Translations under genes and position numbers: made by a program
Notes under the pieces: model-generated
What the model saw: only the letters and a program-made list of their open reading frames with translations
What the model was told of the DNA's origin: nothing
Database searches by the model: none
Source: Rhizobium sp. Q54
Lineage (GTDB): Bacteria; Pseudomonadota; Alphaproteobacteria; UBA2966; CAIVPW01
Reading direction: 5' to 3'
Length of the DNA: 64,000 nucleotides
Assembly: GCA_945889645.1 (NCBI GenBank)
Contig: CAMDCA010000005.1
Location: 7,728 to 71,727 of the forward strand
Shown: positions 1 to 9,116 of the stretch, in pieces
Numbering within the stretch: position 1 is the first letter of the stretch
Layout of the letters: each line of letters begins with the position of its first letter

Positions 1-250
1 GCGTTCCCTGTTGATGATGCGGCCGCGTAGCATTCCGGATTCTTCGGAACGGAACACGCTGCCGCGATAGACGAAGTACGGCAGCGGCAACACGCGCCCC
101 GAATACTCGTCGGCCGCCGGATAGTCCGGCACGTAGCCGGTACCGACTACGACTCCCAGCTCCCACAGCGGCAGCGGCGCTTGCGCGGCGGCACTGCCCG
201 CGAGCAGGGTGAGTGCGCCCGAGACGACGGAGATTGCCCAAGTTCGCATT
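1..250 (-). CDS. Partial N-terminus of a putative outer-membrane protein (MipA/OmpV-like), with signal peptide MRTWAISVVSGALTLLAGSAAAQA; continues beyond the window
   Basis: Reverse-strand ATG at about 248-250, followed by a signal-peptide-like N-terminus and a GxGYVPDYPxxDEY motif reminiscent of MipA/OmpV scaffolds. Only about 83 aa lie in the window. Confidence 0.4.
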
Positions 251-434
251 TGATTGCCTGCTCCGCACGGCGGGATGTTCCGGAAGGGCGGCGAGTGTCG
301 CACGGCGGACGCGGCGGTCAAGGGCCTGCGCTTGTCTAGCCGAAGGCAGGAGTGCATGCTTTCGGTCCGCAACGGCGACGCGTGCCTCGGCCATCGTGGT
401 CCGGCCCGCCTTCGCCACCTTCGAGAGGGATGGC

Positions 435-932
435 ATGCGGAGCGATTGCCGCGCCGCGCCACCCGACGCGAGGATTCGACTGCGGGTCCTGCTCGCCGTC
501 CTTGTCCTGGCCTTTGCTCTGCCGCTGCCGGCCACCGCGCAGATGGCCGCTGCGGGCCAGTGGCTAACTCAAGACGGTGAGGCCCGCATCGACACGTTCG
601 ACTGTCAGGGCACGTTGTGCGGGCGCATCGTCTGGCTGCGTGTTCCGTTCGACGAGGCGGGGCGCGTGCGGCGCGACGCGGTGAACGAGGATCCCGCCCT
701 GCGCACCCGTACGCTGCTGGGGCTGCCGGTCGTGTCAGGCATGTTGCCGGATGGTCCGGATCGGTGGGTCGATGGCATCGTGTACTCGCCGTCCGAGGGA
801 AGGGAATTCCGTGCCAGTGCAACCCTGCGCGGTCCCAATACGCTGGTCGTGCGTCTGTATCGCTGGCAGCCATGGCTCGGCTGGCTGCCGTGGATGAGTG
901 AAACGCACGTTTGGACACGGGTGTCGGCATGA
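435..932 (+). CDS. DUF2147 domain protein, secreted
   Basis: Inside ORF 213..932. Internal Met followed by a hydrophobic leader (LLAVLVLAFALPLPATAQ). Motifs W..DGEARIDTFDCQGTLCGRIVWL are typical of DUF2147 (COG4731). Confidence 0.55.
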   Translation: MRSDCRAAPPDARIRLRVLLAVLVLAFALPLPATAQMAAAGQWLTQDGEARIDTFDCQGTLCGRIVWLRVPFDEAGRVRRDAVNEDPALRTRTLLGLPVVSGMLPDGPDRWVDGIVYSPSEGREFRASATLRGPNTLVVRLYRWQPWLGWLPWMSETHVWTRVSA

Positions 933-2206
933 CCACGATGGACCTACGCATTGTTTCAACGCGCGCGCGCATCGCCTGGGCGCTATTCGATTGGGCCAAT
1001 TCTGCCTACGCGACGCTGATCGTCACCTTCGTATTCTCGACGTACTTCGCCCTGGCCGTGGTGGGCGACCCGCTGCGCGGCCAGCAGCTGTGGGGCTGGG
1101 CGGCAAGCGCCAGCGGGTTGGCCGTCGCCATTCTGGCGCCCGTCCTGGGTGCGGTCACCGACGCCGGCGGTCGCCGCAAGCCGTGGCTGTTCGGATTCAC
1201 CGCTGTGGCCGCCGTCGGCACCGCGCTGCTGTGGTCGAGCGAGCCCAACCCCGCGTTCATTGTCTGGGTGATGGTCTGGTACGCCATCGGCAATCTCGGC
1301 ATCGAATTCGGCGTCGTGTTCGCCAACGCCATGTTGCCCGACCTGGTCCCGCCGTCGCGCATCGGACGCTGGTCGGGATGGGCGTGGGGACTGGGCTACG
1401 CCGGCGGCATCGTCTCGATGGTGGTGGCGTTGCTGGCGTTCGTGCAGGCCGACCGCCCGCTGTTCGGCCTCGACAAGCTGGCGTTCGAACACATCCGCGC
1501 CGTCGCACCGCTCGCCGCGTTGTGGCTGATCGTATTTACCGCGCCGCTGTTCCTGTTCACGCCGGACCGCCCGGCGACGGGTGGCAACCTGCTGCAGAAC
1601 TTCGGCGCCGGCCTGCGCCAGTTGCGCGGGACTCTTGCGCTGATGCGCGCCCACCGCAACACGGCGCGGTTCCTGATCGCCAACATGATCACCATGGACG
1701 GGCTGGTGACCGTATTTGTCGTCGGCGGCATTTTCGCAGCCGGCGCGTTCGGCCTGAGCCAGACCCAGGTGCTGATGTTCGGCATCGTCCTGAACCTCAC
1801 CGGCGGCCTGGGCGCGGCGGCGTTCGGCTGGGTCGATGATCGCGCCGGTCCCAAGCGCACGATTCTGATCGCGATGGTCGGACTGTTCGTTACCGCCGCC
1901 GGCGCGGTCGCCGCGCCGAGCGCGACGTGGTTCTGGATTTTCGGCTCGGCGCTGGGATTGTTCGTCGGCCCGGTGCAGGCCGCCGGGCGTTCGATGATGG
2001 CGCGACTCGCGCCGCCCGGTCACAGCACCGAGTTCTTCGGCCTGTTCGCCTTGTCGGGCAAGGCCACAGCATTCCTCGGACCAGCCGCGGTGGCGACGGT
2101 GACCGCCGCGACCGGAAGCCAGCGTTGGGGCCTGTCGGTGCTGTTGCTGTTCTTTGCGGTCGGCGGCGCCGTGCTGTGGACGGTACGCGAGCCGCCGCGC
2201 CGCTAG
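929..2206 (+). CDS. MFS transporter, UMF1/Atg22-like family
   Basis: Multi-pass hydrophobic protein with the LFDWANSAY N-terminal motif of the UMF1 family. ATG at 929 overlaps the upstream stop (ATGA coupling); an alternative TTG at 911. Confidence 0.65.
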   Translation: MTTMDLRIVSTRARIAWALFDWANSAYATLIVTFVFSTYFALAVVGDPLRGQQLWGWAASASGLAVAILAPVLGAVTDAGGRRKPWLFGFTAVAAVGTALLWSSEPNPAFIVWVMVWYAIGNLGIEFGVVFANAMLPDLVPPSRIGRWSGWAWGLGYAGGIVSMVVALLAFVQADRPLFGLDKLAFEHIRAVAPLAALWLIVFTAPLFLFTPDRPATGGNLLQNFGAGLRQLRGTLALMRAHRNTARFLIANMITMDGLVTVFVVGGIFAAGAFGLSQTQVLMFGIVLNLTGGLGAAAFGWVDDRAGPKRTILIAMVGLFVTAAGAVAAPSATWFWIFGSALGLFVGPVQAAGRSMMARLAPPGHSTEFFGLFALSGKATAFLGPAAVATVTAATGSQRWGLSVLLLFFAVGGAVLWTVREPPRR

Positions 2207-2424
2207 CGGTCCTCGAACATCTGCACGAACTTGCGCGGCGCGACTTCGCGCCAACGCCGGAGCAGCTCGTCGAGCGGCACTCCGAGGATCGCCAGCGTGT
2301 CGTCGTCCACTTTGAGGCGCGCGACAAGCTTGCCCCTCACTTTGACGGCGCGCGTGCCGTACGACGTCGCTTCTTCGATCCCCGGCAAATCGGCGACCGG
2401 CGCCAGCACGTCGTCGAAGGTCAT
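2203..2424 (-). CDS. Small conserved hypothetical protein (73 aa), tentatively MmcQ/YjbR-like
   Basis: Start ATG overlaps the stop of the upstream TPR-GT9 gene (ATGA). The PG.EE...G...KV.GK..A.L pattern resembles the YjbR N-terminal half. Weak call. Confidence 0.35.
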   Translation of the reverse strand: MTFDDVLAPVADLPGIEEATSYGTRAVKVRGKLVARLKVDDDTLAILGVPLDELLRRWREVAPRKFVQMFEDR

Positions 2425-3908
2425 CCGACAAAATCGAAGCGCTGGGCAACTGCAGCCCGCACTGCCTGCAGCGGCGAGGACCAATCGCCCATAGCCGGCT
2501 GCCTGTACAGCTGCGCCGTCGGATACCACGGGCTGTCGGAGCGGCCAAGCAACCAGCGCCACGTCGGATCGTAGCCAAGGACCAGCCATAGGGGCTTGCC
2601 GAGCGCGCCCGCGAGATGCGCCACCGACGTGTCCACCGAAACAACCAGGTCCATCTGCGCGGCAAGCGCCGCCGTATCGGCGAAATCGGCAAGCTGGCCG
2701 GTAACCACGCGCACGTCCGGACGCATGGTGAGCGCCTCTGCGTCCGCGGGGCGCACGTCCTTTTGCAGGCAGATGTAGTCGGCTCCGTCCGGCAGTGCCG
2801 TCGCGAACTTCGCGAAGGTCAACGAGCGCTGGTCATACTCCAATCCGCCGCTGCCGGACCACGCCACGCCGACGCGCGGGCGCACGCGGCGGCCGAGGGT
2901 CAGCTGCCAGCGCGCACTCGCCGCCGCCTCGGCAGCCAGGTACGGCACCGCGGCGGGAATGCTCTCTAGGGTCGTCTTGAACGCCAGCGGCAGGCTGAGA
3001 ATCGGGCAGTGCACGTCGAACGGCGGCAACGCCTCGCCGCGCGCGACGACGCGATCGACGCCTTTCAAGCAGCGTAGCAGCGGCGCCAACGACGGCTGCA
3101 CCTCGAGCACGACGCTGGCACCATGCTTCGCCACCAAGGGTGCGTAGCGGCAGAAGTGCAGAGTGTCGCCGAAGCCTTGCTCGGCGTGCAGCAGAATGGT
3201 CTTGCCCGCCAGCGGCGTGTCGCCGCGCCACAACGGTTGTGCAAACGTCCGCCACAACGGCGCGACCGCCGCCGTCTTCCACCGCCACTCGTACAGCGGC
3301 CAGGCCGTGGCAAAGTCGCCCGCCAGCAGGTTGGTGAACGCCTTGTTGAGATAGAAGTCGGCGCGATCAGGTTGCAGCGCGATGGCACGGTCGAACGCGG
3401 CAATCGCCTCATTGGTACGCAGCAAAGACGAAAGCGCGTTGCCGCGGCCGTAGTGGGCCTCGGCATGGTCGGGGCGCAGTGCCGCGACTCGCGTGTAGGC
3501 GTCCAACGCTTCCTGGGGTCGCTGCAGGTCGGCCAGCGCGACGCCGCGGTTGTAGTGCGCCTGCGCGTTGCCAGGATTGACGCGGAGCGACCCATCGTAG
3601 GCCGCCAGCGCGTCGTCGAGACGGCCCACCTCCAGTAGCGCGTTGCCGTAGTTCATCAGCGCGGTGGCATCCCCAGGCCTGGCGCGCACCGCCTTGCCAA
3701 GGATATCGGCGGCCTCCGGCGCCCGGCCGCGCTGGCCTTCGAGCACGCCGAGCAGATGCAGCGCATCGAAGTTGCGGGGATCGGCGCGCAGCACCTGACG
3801 ATAGGCGAGCGCCGCCTGGTCGAGCTGTCCGCGCTGGTGCAACGCCGACGCCTCTGCCAGCTCGCGCTGCTGCGGTTGCGCCGCGCCTGCGGGAGGCCGC
3901 GTCGTCAT
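2421..3908 (-). CDS. TPR-repeat protein fused to a GT9-like (heptosyltransferase-fold) glycosyltransferase domain
   Basis: The N-terminal roughly 200 aa show repeated TPR signatures (A..Y...L...P..A.A..NLG). The C-terminal half has the GT9 family layout: LLHAEQGFGDTLHF ... VSVDTSVAHLAGALGKPLWLVLGY. Confidence 0.7.
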   Translation of the reverse strand: MTTRPPAGAAQPQQRELAEASALHQRGQLDQAALAYRQVLRADPRNFDALHLLGVLEGQRGRAPEAADILGKAVRARPGDATALMNYGNALLEVGRLDDALAAYDGSLRVNPGNAQAHYNRGVALADLQRPQEALDAYTRVAALRPDHAEAHYGRGNALSSLLRTNEAIAAFDRAIALQPDRADFYLNKAFTNLLAGDFATAWPLYEWRWKTAAVAPLWRTFAQPLWRGDTPLAGKTILLHAEQGFGDTLHFCRYAPLVAKHGASVVLEVQPSLAPLLRCLKGVDRVVARGEALPPFDVHCPILSLPLAFKTTLESIPAAVPYLAAEAAASARWQLTLGRRVRPRVGVAWSGSGGLEYDQRSLTFAKFATALPDGADYICLQKDVRPADAEALTMRPDVRVVTGQLADFADTAALAAQMDLVVSVDTSVAHLAGALGKPLWLVLGYDPTWRWLLGRSDSPWYPTAQLYRQPAMGDWSSPLQAVRAAVAQRFDFVG

Positions 3909-3910
3909 CG

Positions 3911-5503
3911 CTAGTGGCGGAAGTGCCGGATGCCGGAGAACACCATGGCGAGGCCGCGCTCGTCGGCGGCCCGGATGACTTCGTCGTCGCGCATGGAGCC
4001 GCCCGGCTGCATGATCGCCGTCGCGCCCGCCTCAGCGGCGGCAATCAGTCCGTCGGCGAACGGGAAGAATGCATCGCTGGCGACCACCGAGCCGATCGTA
4101 TCGGATTTCGCCACGCCGGCCGCCTTCGCAGCATCATCGGCCTTGGCGCGGGCGATGCGCACGGAGTCGAGGCGGCTCATCTGTCCGGCGCCGATAGCGG
4201 TGGTGGCGCCGTTCTTGGCGAACACGATTGCGTTCGACTTGACGTGCTTGCACACGCGCATGCCGAACAGAAGATCGCGCAATTCGGCGTCGGTCGGCGC
4301 ACGCTTCGTCACGACCTTGAGCGCCGCGGCCTCAACCATCGCGGCGTCGCGTGTCTGCACCAGCAGTCCCCCCGCAAGGGAGCGCACCGTCAGCCCGAGC
4401 GTGCGCGCATCGGGCATGTGGCCGATGAGCAGCAGGCGGAGATTCTTCTTGCTCGCAAACGTCGCGAGGGCCGCCGCGTCGGCGTCGGGCGCGATCACCA
4501 CCTCGGTGAATATCTTGACGATCTCGGCTGCGGCGGCGCCGTCGAGCGGACGATTGGCGGCGACAATGCCGCCGAACGCGCTGACCGGGTCGCAGGCCAG
4601 CGCACGGCGATAGGCGTCCGTGAGGGTATCGCCGATGGCGACGCCGCACGGATTGGCGTGCTTGATGATCGCCACCGCCGGGCCGTCGAACTCGGCCGCC
4701 AGCTCGATGGCCGCGTCGGCGTCGCCGAGATTGTTGTAGGACAACTCCTTGCCCTGCACCTGGCGGGCGCTGGCGACGCCGGGGCGCGGATCGGCGCTGC
4801 GATACAGCGCGCCGATCTGGTGCGGGTTCTCGCCATAGCGCAACGACAGTGTGCGCTGGCCAACCATGACGATGCGCTCGGGCAGAGAATCGCCAGGGGT
4901 GCCGGGCGCCTGCTGCTGGGCGAACCAAGCGGCGATCGCGGCGTCGTAGGCCGCCGTGCGGGCGAACGCCTTGGCGGCCAGCCGGCGGCGCAGGTCGGGC
5001 GAAGTGGCGCCGGCGTTGGCGTCCATCTCGCGTGCGACCTCGGCCAAGTCCGCGGCATCGACAACGACCGTGACGTAGGCGTGATTCTTCGCGGACGAAC
5101 GAATCATCGCCGGGCCGCCGATGTCGATCTGCTCGATGCATTCGGCGAAGGGAGCGCCCGCTGCGACGGTCTGCTCGAACGGATAGAGGTTCACCACCAC
5201 CAGATCGATTGGCGCGATCCCGTGCTTCTGCATGGCGTGCACATGCTCGGGCTCATCGCGCAGGCCAAGGATGCCGCCGTGCACCTTCGGATGCAGCGTC
5301 TTCACGCGCCCGCCGAGCATTTCCGGGAAGCCGGTGAAGTCCGACACCTCGCGCACCGGGAGACCCGCGGCCGCGATCGCCTTGGCCGTCCCGCCGGTGG
5401 AGAGGACTTCGACCTTGTGCTTGGCAAGAACGCGCGCAAATTCGACCAGCCCGGTCTTGTCGGAAACCGAAACCAGCGCACGGCGGATGGGATGATTGTT
5501 CAT
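3911..5503 (-). CDS. purH: Bifunctional AICAR formyltransferase / IMP cyclohydrolase
   Basis: Start [18 protein letters not shown]; MGS-like and AICARFT domains conserved throughout. The longer 5611 start is rejected because it would overlap the riboswitch. Confidence 0.9.
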   Translation of the reverse strand: MNNHPIRRALVSVSDKTGLVEFARVLAKHKVEVLSTGGTAKAIAAAGLPVREVSDFTGFPEMLGGRVKTLHPKVHGGILGLRDEPEHVHAMQKHGIAPIDLVVVNLYPFEQTVAAGAPFAECIEQIDIGGPAMIRSSAKNHAYVTVVVDAADLAEVAREMDANAGATSPDLRRRLAAKAFARTAAYDAAIAAWFAQQQAPGTPGDSLPERIVMVGQRTLSLRYGENPHQIGALYRSADPRPGVASARQVQGKELSYNNLGDADAAIELAAEFDGPAVAIIKHANPCGVAIGDTLTDAYRRALACDPVSAFGGIVAANRPLDGAAAAEIVKIFTEVVIAPDADAAALATFASKKNLRLLLIGHMPDARTLGLTVRSLAGGLLVQTRDAAMVEAAALKVVTKRAPTDAELRDLLFGMRVCKHVKSNAIVFAKNGATTAIGAGQMSRLDSVRIARAKADDAAKAAGVAKSDTIGSVVASDAFFPFADGLIAAAEAGATAIMQPGGSMRDDEVIRAADERGLAMVFSGIRHFRH

Positions 5504-5519
5504 GACGGCCTTGTGGGAC

Positions 5520-5640
5520 AGCTTCCGGCGGAGAAGCGTTAGATCGGGATCGAAATCCCGATGCCCAGGCGAACGGCCGACACTGCCCGTGCTTCCCGAT
5601 GGTGTGTCCATCCGATGTCGCCAGTCACGCGAACACCGGC
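5520..5640 (-). promoter_or_regulatory. ZTP (pfl-motif) riboswitch in the purH 5' leader
   Basis: The reverse-strand RNA reads ...CGCGUGACUGGCGACAUCGGAUGGACACACCAUCGGGAAGCACGGG...GUCGGCCGUUCGCCUGGGCAUCGGGAUUUCGAUCCCGAU.... It carries the hallmark UGACUGGCG 5' element and the CCG..CGCCUGGGCA 3' pseudoknot element of ZTP riboswitches. A perfect 8-bp hairpin follows as a putative expression platform, about 40 nt upstream of the purH ATG. Confidence 0.6.
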
Positions 5641-5689
5641 TGTATAGCGGGGTTGGCGACGCGCCCGCAAGGGCGCGGCAGACCGCGGT

Positions 5690-6526
5690 CTACGGCCGCA
5701 GAACCAGGCCTTCTTTGGCCACGATCGAGCCCGGGCGCTTTTCCGTCACCGCCTTGGCGATGCCGTCCATGAAGTCGTCGTCGTGGTCGGGATCGTGGTG
5801 AAACACGACGAAGGTCTTGGCGCCCGCGGCCTCGCACAAGCGTACGCCTTCTTCCCACGTCGAATGACCCCAGTCGGCGCGCTTGGGGAACTCGGCCTCG
5901 GTGTACGTCGAGTCGTAAATCACCAGGTCCGCGCCTTTGATTAGCGCCAAGATGTTCTGGTCCGGCTTGCCGATGACGTGCTGCGTGTCGGTGAGATAGC
6001 AGATCGACTTGCCGTTGAATTCGATGCGATAGCCGGTGGCGCGATCCGGATGATTGAGTCGCGTCGTGCGCAACTTGACACCGGGGCGCGGCTCCAGAAC
6101 TTCACCGGCTTCGAAGTCGAGGTACGTAATGTTGGCGGTGAAGATTTCCGGCGGCACCGGGAACAGCGGCGAGAACATCATCTCGGAGATGACGTACTTC
6201 ACCGTCATATCGCGCGCCTTCAAATGGCCGGCCCAGATGCGGATCTGGCTGGTCTTGATGAACAGCGGCACGAAGAACGGCAGGCCGCAGACGTGATCGA
6301 AATGCGTGTGGGTGAGGAACAGGTCGGTATCGACCGGCCCACTCTTCAGCAGGTCGTTGCCGAGATAGCGCACCCCGGTGCCGGCGTCGAACAGCAACAT
6401 GTGCTTGCCGCAGCGGACCTCGAGCGACGACGTGTTGCCGCCATAGCGCGACGTGCGCGGCCCTGGGGTCGCGATGCTGCCGCGCACTCCCCAGAAGCGG
6501 ACATAGAAGTCCTCGCTCTCGGCCAC
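5690..6526 (-). CDS. MBL-fold metallo-hydrolase (RNase Z / PhnP-like beta-lactamase superfamily)
   Basis: HxHxDH motif (THTHFDHVCG) and a conserved C-terminal HHDPDHDD motif. Confidence 0.7.
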   Translation of the reverse strand: MAESEDFYVRFWGVRGSIATPGPRTSRYGGNTSSLEVRCGKHMLLFDAGTGVRYLGNDLLKSGPVDTDLFLTHTHFDHVCGLPFFVPLFIKTSQIRIWAGHLKARDMTVKYVISEMMFSPLFPVPPEIFTANITYLDFEAGEVLEPRPGVKLRTTRLNHPDRATGYRIEFNGKSICYLTDTQHVIGKPDQNILALIKGADLVIYDSTYTEAEFPKRADWGHSTWEEGVRLCEAAGAKTFVVFHHDPDHDDDFMDGIAKAVTEKRPGSIVAKEGLVLRP

Positions 6527-6654
6527 CTAAACGCGCCCCCTGCCTAGAATCCCCCGATTGAGGGCATTCTGCCGAAGTCCCTGCTAGTCCGGAAGTCGCT
6601 TTCCTGGCGGATTCCCGCCGGATCCCGTCCGATCCGCAGCCAGGCAGTGAACCC

Positions 6655-7344
6655 CTATGGGATGAGCCGGTACCCCCCCGGCTCAGTCACGAGGATAACC
6701 GCAACCGACGGATCGCGCTCCATTTTTTGACGCAGCCGGTAGACATGGGTTTCCAGGGTGTGGGTCGTGACCCCAGAGTTGTAGCCCCACACCTCCGACA
6801 GCAGCGTGTCCCGGTTCACCACTCGGGCGCCGGCCCGGTACAGGTACTTCAGGATCGCCGTCTCTTTCTCGGTCAGGCGCACTTTGCCGCCTGTTTCCGC
6901 GTCAATCAGCAGCTTGGCGGCCGGTCGGAACGAGTACCGACCGATCGCAAATATCGCATCTTCGCTCTGTTCGTGCTGGCGCATGTGCGCCCGCAGGCGT
7001 GCGACCAGTACGCCCAGACGAAATGGCTTGGTGATGTAGTCGTTGGCACCCGACTCGAGGCCGAGGATTGTGTCCGCATCGCCGTCCTGGGCCGTCAACA
7101 TGATGATCGGCGACTTGACGCCGGACCGCCGCAACAGCCGGCAGACCTCGCGGCCGTCGAGGTCCGGGAGGGCGACGTCCAGCAAGATCGCGTCGAAATG
7201 TCGCGTCTTGGCGAGTTCCAGGGCGCGCGCGCCGTTCTCCGCCTCGGTCGTCTCGAACTCCTCGTCCAAGTCGAGTTGCTCATGCAATGCGTCGCGCAAG
7301 GCATTGTCGTCGTCCACGAGCAAGACCGTCTTGGCGGTAGCCAT
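6655..7344 (-). CDS. OmpR-family response regulator (receiver plus winged-helix domain); possibly a CenR-like orphan regulator
   Basis: Receiver motifs LLVDDD, the phospho-acceptor Asp context LLDVALPDLDG and the K in GANDYITKPF. C-terminal trans_reg_C domain (YLYRAGARVVNRDTLLSEVWGY...THVYRLRQKM). No cognate kinase is adjacent. Confidence 0.8.
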   Translation of the reverse strand: MATAKTVLLVDDDNALRDALHEQLDLDEEFETTEAENGARALELAKTRHFDAILLDVALPDLDGREVCRLLRRSGVKSPIIMLTAQDGDADTILGLESGANDYITKPFRLGVLVARLRAHMRQHEQSEDAIFAIGRYSFRPAAKLLIDAETGGKVRLTEKETAILKYLYRAGARVVNRDTLLSEVWGYNSGVTTHTLETHVYRLRQKMERDPSVAVILVTEPGGYRLIP

Positions 7345-7503
7345 CGAGGGGAGGGGTCCGGCAAAGGGTTTCTGAAAGGCGGGCGAAGCATGCACAAGTC
7401 CGCCACTGCACACAACAAAGCACCGCCGGTTTTGTCAGTCACAAACCCGCGTGCGGCGCGCCCGGCAGGAAGTTCCTAGCGGCGCCAGTCCGGCGCGAAC
7501 GCA

Positions 7504-8334
7504 ATGGCGGAATTGCGGCACCGGAGGTGGCGTGCGGCTTGCTTGGGTAGGCGCATGCTCGGACCGTTGCCCGCCGCGACCGCTGCACCCGATACGACAC
7601 GCGACGCATCGCCGGCCGCCAAGGCCGCGTGGGGCGACGACGGATTCACGTTCGGCGACCTGGTCGACATCGTCAATCCGCTGCAGCACGTTCCGGTCCT
7701 CTCCTGGGCCTATCGCGCCCTGTCCGGCGACACCATCGCGCCGGCCGCGAAGATTCTCGGCGGCACCTTGTTCGGTGGCGCCGTCGGCTTTGCGCTGAGT
7801 GTTGCCGATGCCACGCTGCAAGGGATCGCTGGACGAGACGCCGGTGAGGCGGCTGTGGCCATGTTCAGCGGGCGCGAGCGAGACATTCCGGCGCAATCAC
7901 TCGGCGGCACGCTCCTTGCGCGCGCCGAGACACCGGCCGCTCCCGCCGCAGATCGAGGGCTGACCGAGCAGCAGTTTGCACGCCTTACCAACACATTGGG
8001 CGCGGTACCGGTCGCACCGCAGATGCCGGCGTGGCAACGCGCCGCGGCGAATATGCCCGAGGATCAAGTAGCAATTCTGCTGCGGTCGGTCGGTTTGCCA
8101 CCGCGCGCCGGCGCAGCGACTGGCCAGCCGATGCCAGCGACAGAGGCCCCGGTAGCGATCGCTCCGGCCGGGAGCGTTGTGACGGCGTCGTTCGCGGCGA
8201 TGCCGGCGTTGCCGGTCTCGGCCGTTGCCGTCACGGAACTTGCGCCGCCCGCCGCGGCGCGCCGCGATGAACGACTGGTTGAAGCAGCCGCCGCGGGCGA
8301 GGAACTGCGCCGCCTGTTCGCCACGCCGCGTTAG
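7504..8334 (+). CDS. Hypothetical Ala/Pro-rich protein with one hydrophobic segment
   Basis: Only sizeable ORF in an otherwise uncovered 830-bp gap. The conserved-looking block is FGDLVDIVNPLQHVPVLSWAYRALSGDTIAPAAKILGGTLFGGAVGFALSV. Start uncertain (7504 or an internal ATG near 7555). Low complexity, no recognisable domain. Confidence 0.4.
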   Translation: MAELRHRRWRAACLGRRMLGPLPAATAAPDTTRDASPAAKAAWGDDGFTFGDLVDIVNPLQHVPVLSWAYRALSGDTIAPAAKILGGTLFGGAVGFALSVADATLQGIAGRDAGEAAVAMFSGRERDIPAQSLGGTLLARAETPAAPAADRGLTEQQFARLTNTLGAVPVAPQMPAWQRAAANMPEDQVAILLRSVGLPPRAGAATGQPMPATEAPVAIAPAGSVVTASFAAMPALPVSAVAVTELAPPAAARRDERLVEAAAAGEELRRLFATPR

Positions 8335-8351
8335 ACTCGACGCGCGGCGCT

Positions 8352-9035
8352 CTAAGGCGCCGTTCGTGGGCCGAAAATTGCCGAGCCAACGCGCACGCTG
8401 GTCGCGCCGAGCGCGACCGCATCTTCGAAATCGCCGCTCATTCCCATGCTCACTTCGGCGAGGCGATGGCGTGCCGCAAGCTTGGCCAGCAGAGCAAAGT
8501 GCGGCGCCGGCGGATCGTCGTGCGGCGGAATGCACATGAGGCCGACCACCGGAAGGTCGAGTTCGCCCTGACACAGCGTAAGAAATTGCGGCAGATCCGC
8601 GGGCAAGATGCCCGCCTTCTGCGTTTCTTCGCCGACGTTGACCTCGACCAGGCACGGCACGCGGCGGCCACTCGCCGTCATTTCCGCGGCCAGTGCGTGC
8701 GCCAGCTTGGGGCGGTCGAGCGTTTCGATGATGTCGAACAATGCCAGCGCTGCACGGACTTTGTTGGTCTGGAGCGGTCCGATCAGGTGCAGCACGACGC
8801 CCGGATGGCGGGCGCGCAGATCGGGCCATTTGCCGTGCGCCTCTTGCACCCGGTTCTCGCCGAAATGACGATGGCCGGCGCGCAGGGCGGATTCGATCGC
8901 TTCGACTTCATGCGCTTTTGAAACTGCGACCAGCGTGATCGCAGCAGGCTCACGGCCTGCGTCACGCGCCGCTCGCGCGATGCGTGTCTGCACCGATTCA
9001 AGGCTTGCCGCCACGGTGGCGCCGTTGGTTGTCAT
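8352..9035 (-). CDS. yggS: YggS-family pyridoxal-phosphate homeostasis protein (PLPBP)
   Basis: LVAVSKAH..., FGENRVQE and HLIGPLQTNK motifs typical of YggS/PROSC. Confidence 0.85.
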   Translation of the reverse strand: MTTNGATVAASLESVQTRIARAARDAGREPAAITLVAVSKAHEVEAIESALRAGHRHFGENRVQEAHGKWPDLRARHPGVVLHLIGPLQTNKVRAALALFDIIETLDRPKLAHALAAEMTASGRRVPCLVEVNVGEETQKAGILPADLPQFLTLCQGELDLPVVGLMCIPPHDDPPAPHFALLAKLAARHRLAEVSMGMSGDFEDAVALGATSVRVGSAIFGPRTAP

Positions 9036-9116
9036 TCCGCGACCCTAGCAGAGGCGCCGCGCCGCGTGCCACCGCGGGTGCTTGCGCGTGTTGCCGCTGC
9101 ATGGCTTTGATGGCGG

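Noticed and set aside
9036-9116. TPP riboswitch upstream of the ThiE-like gene
   Set aside because: No CUGAGA / ACCUGAUCUGGAUAAUGCCAGCG-type conserved elements. The leader is only about 80 nt and GC-rich.
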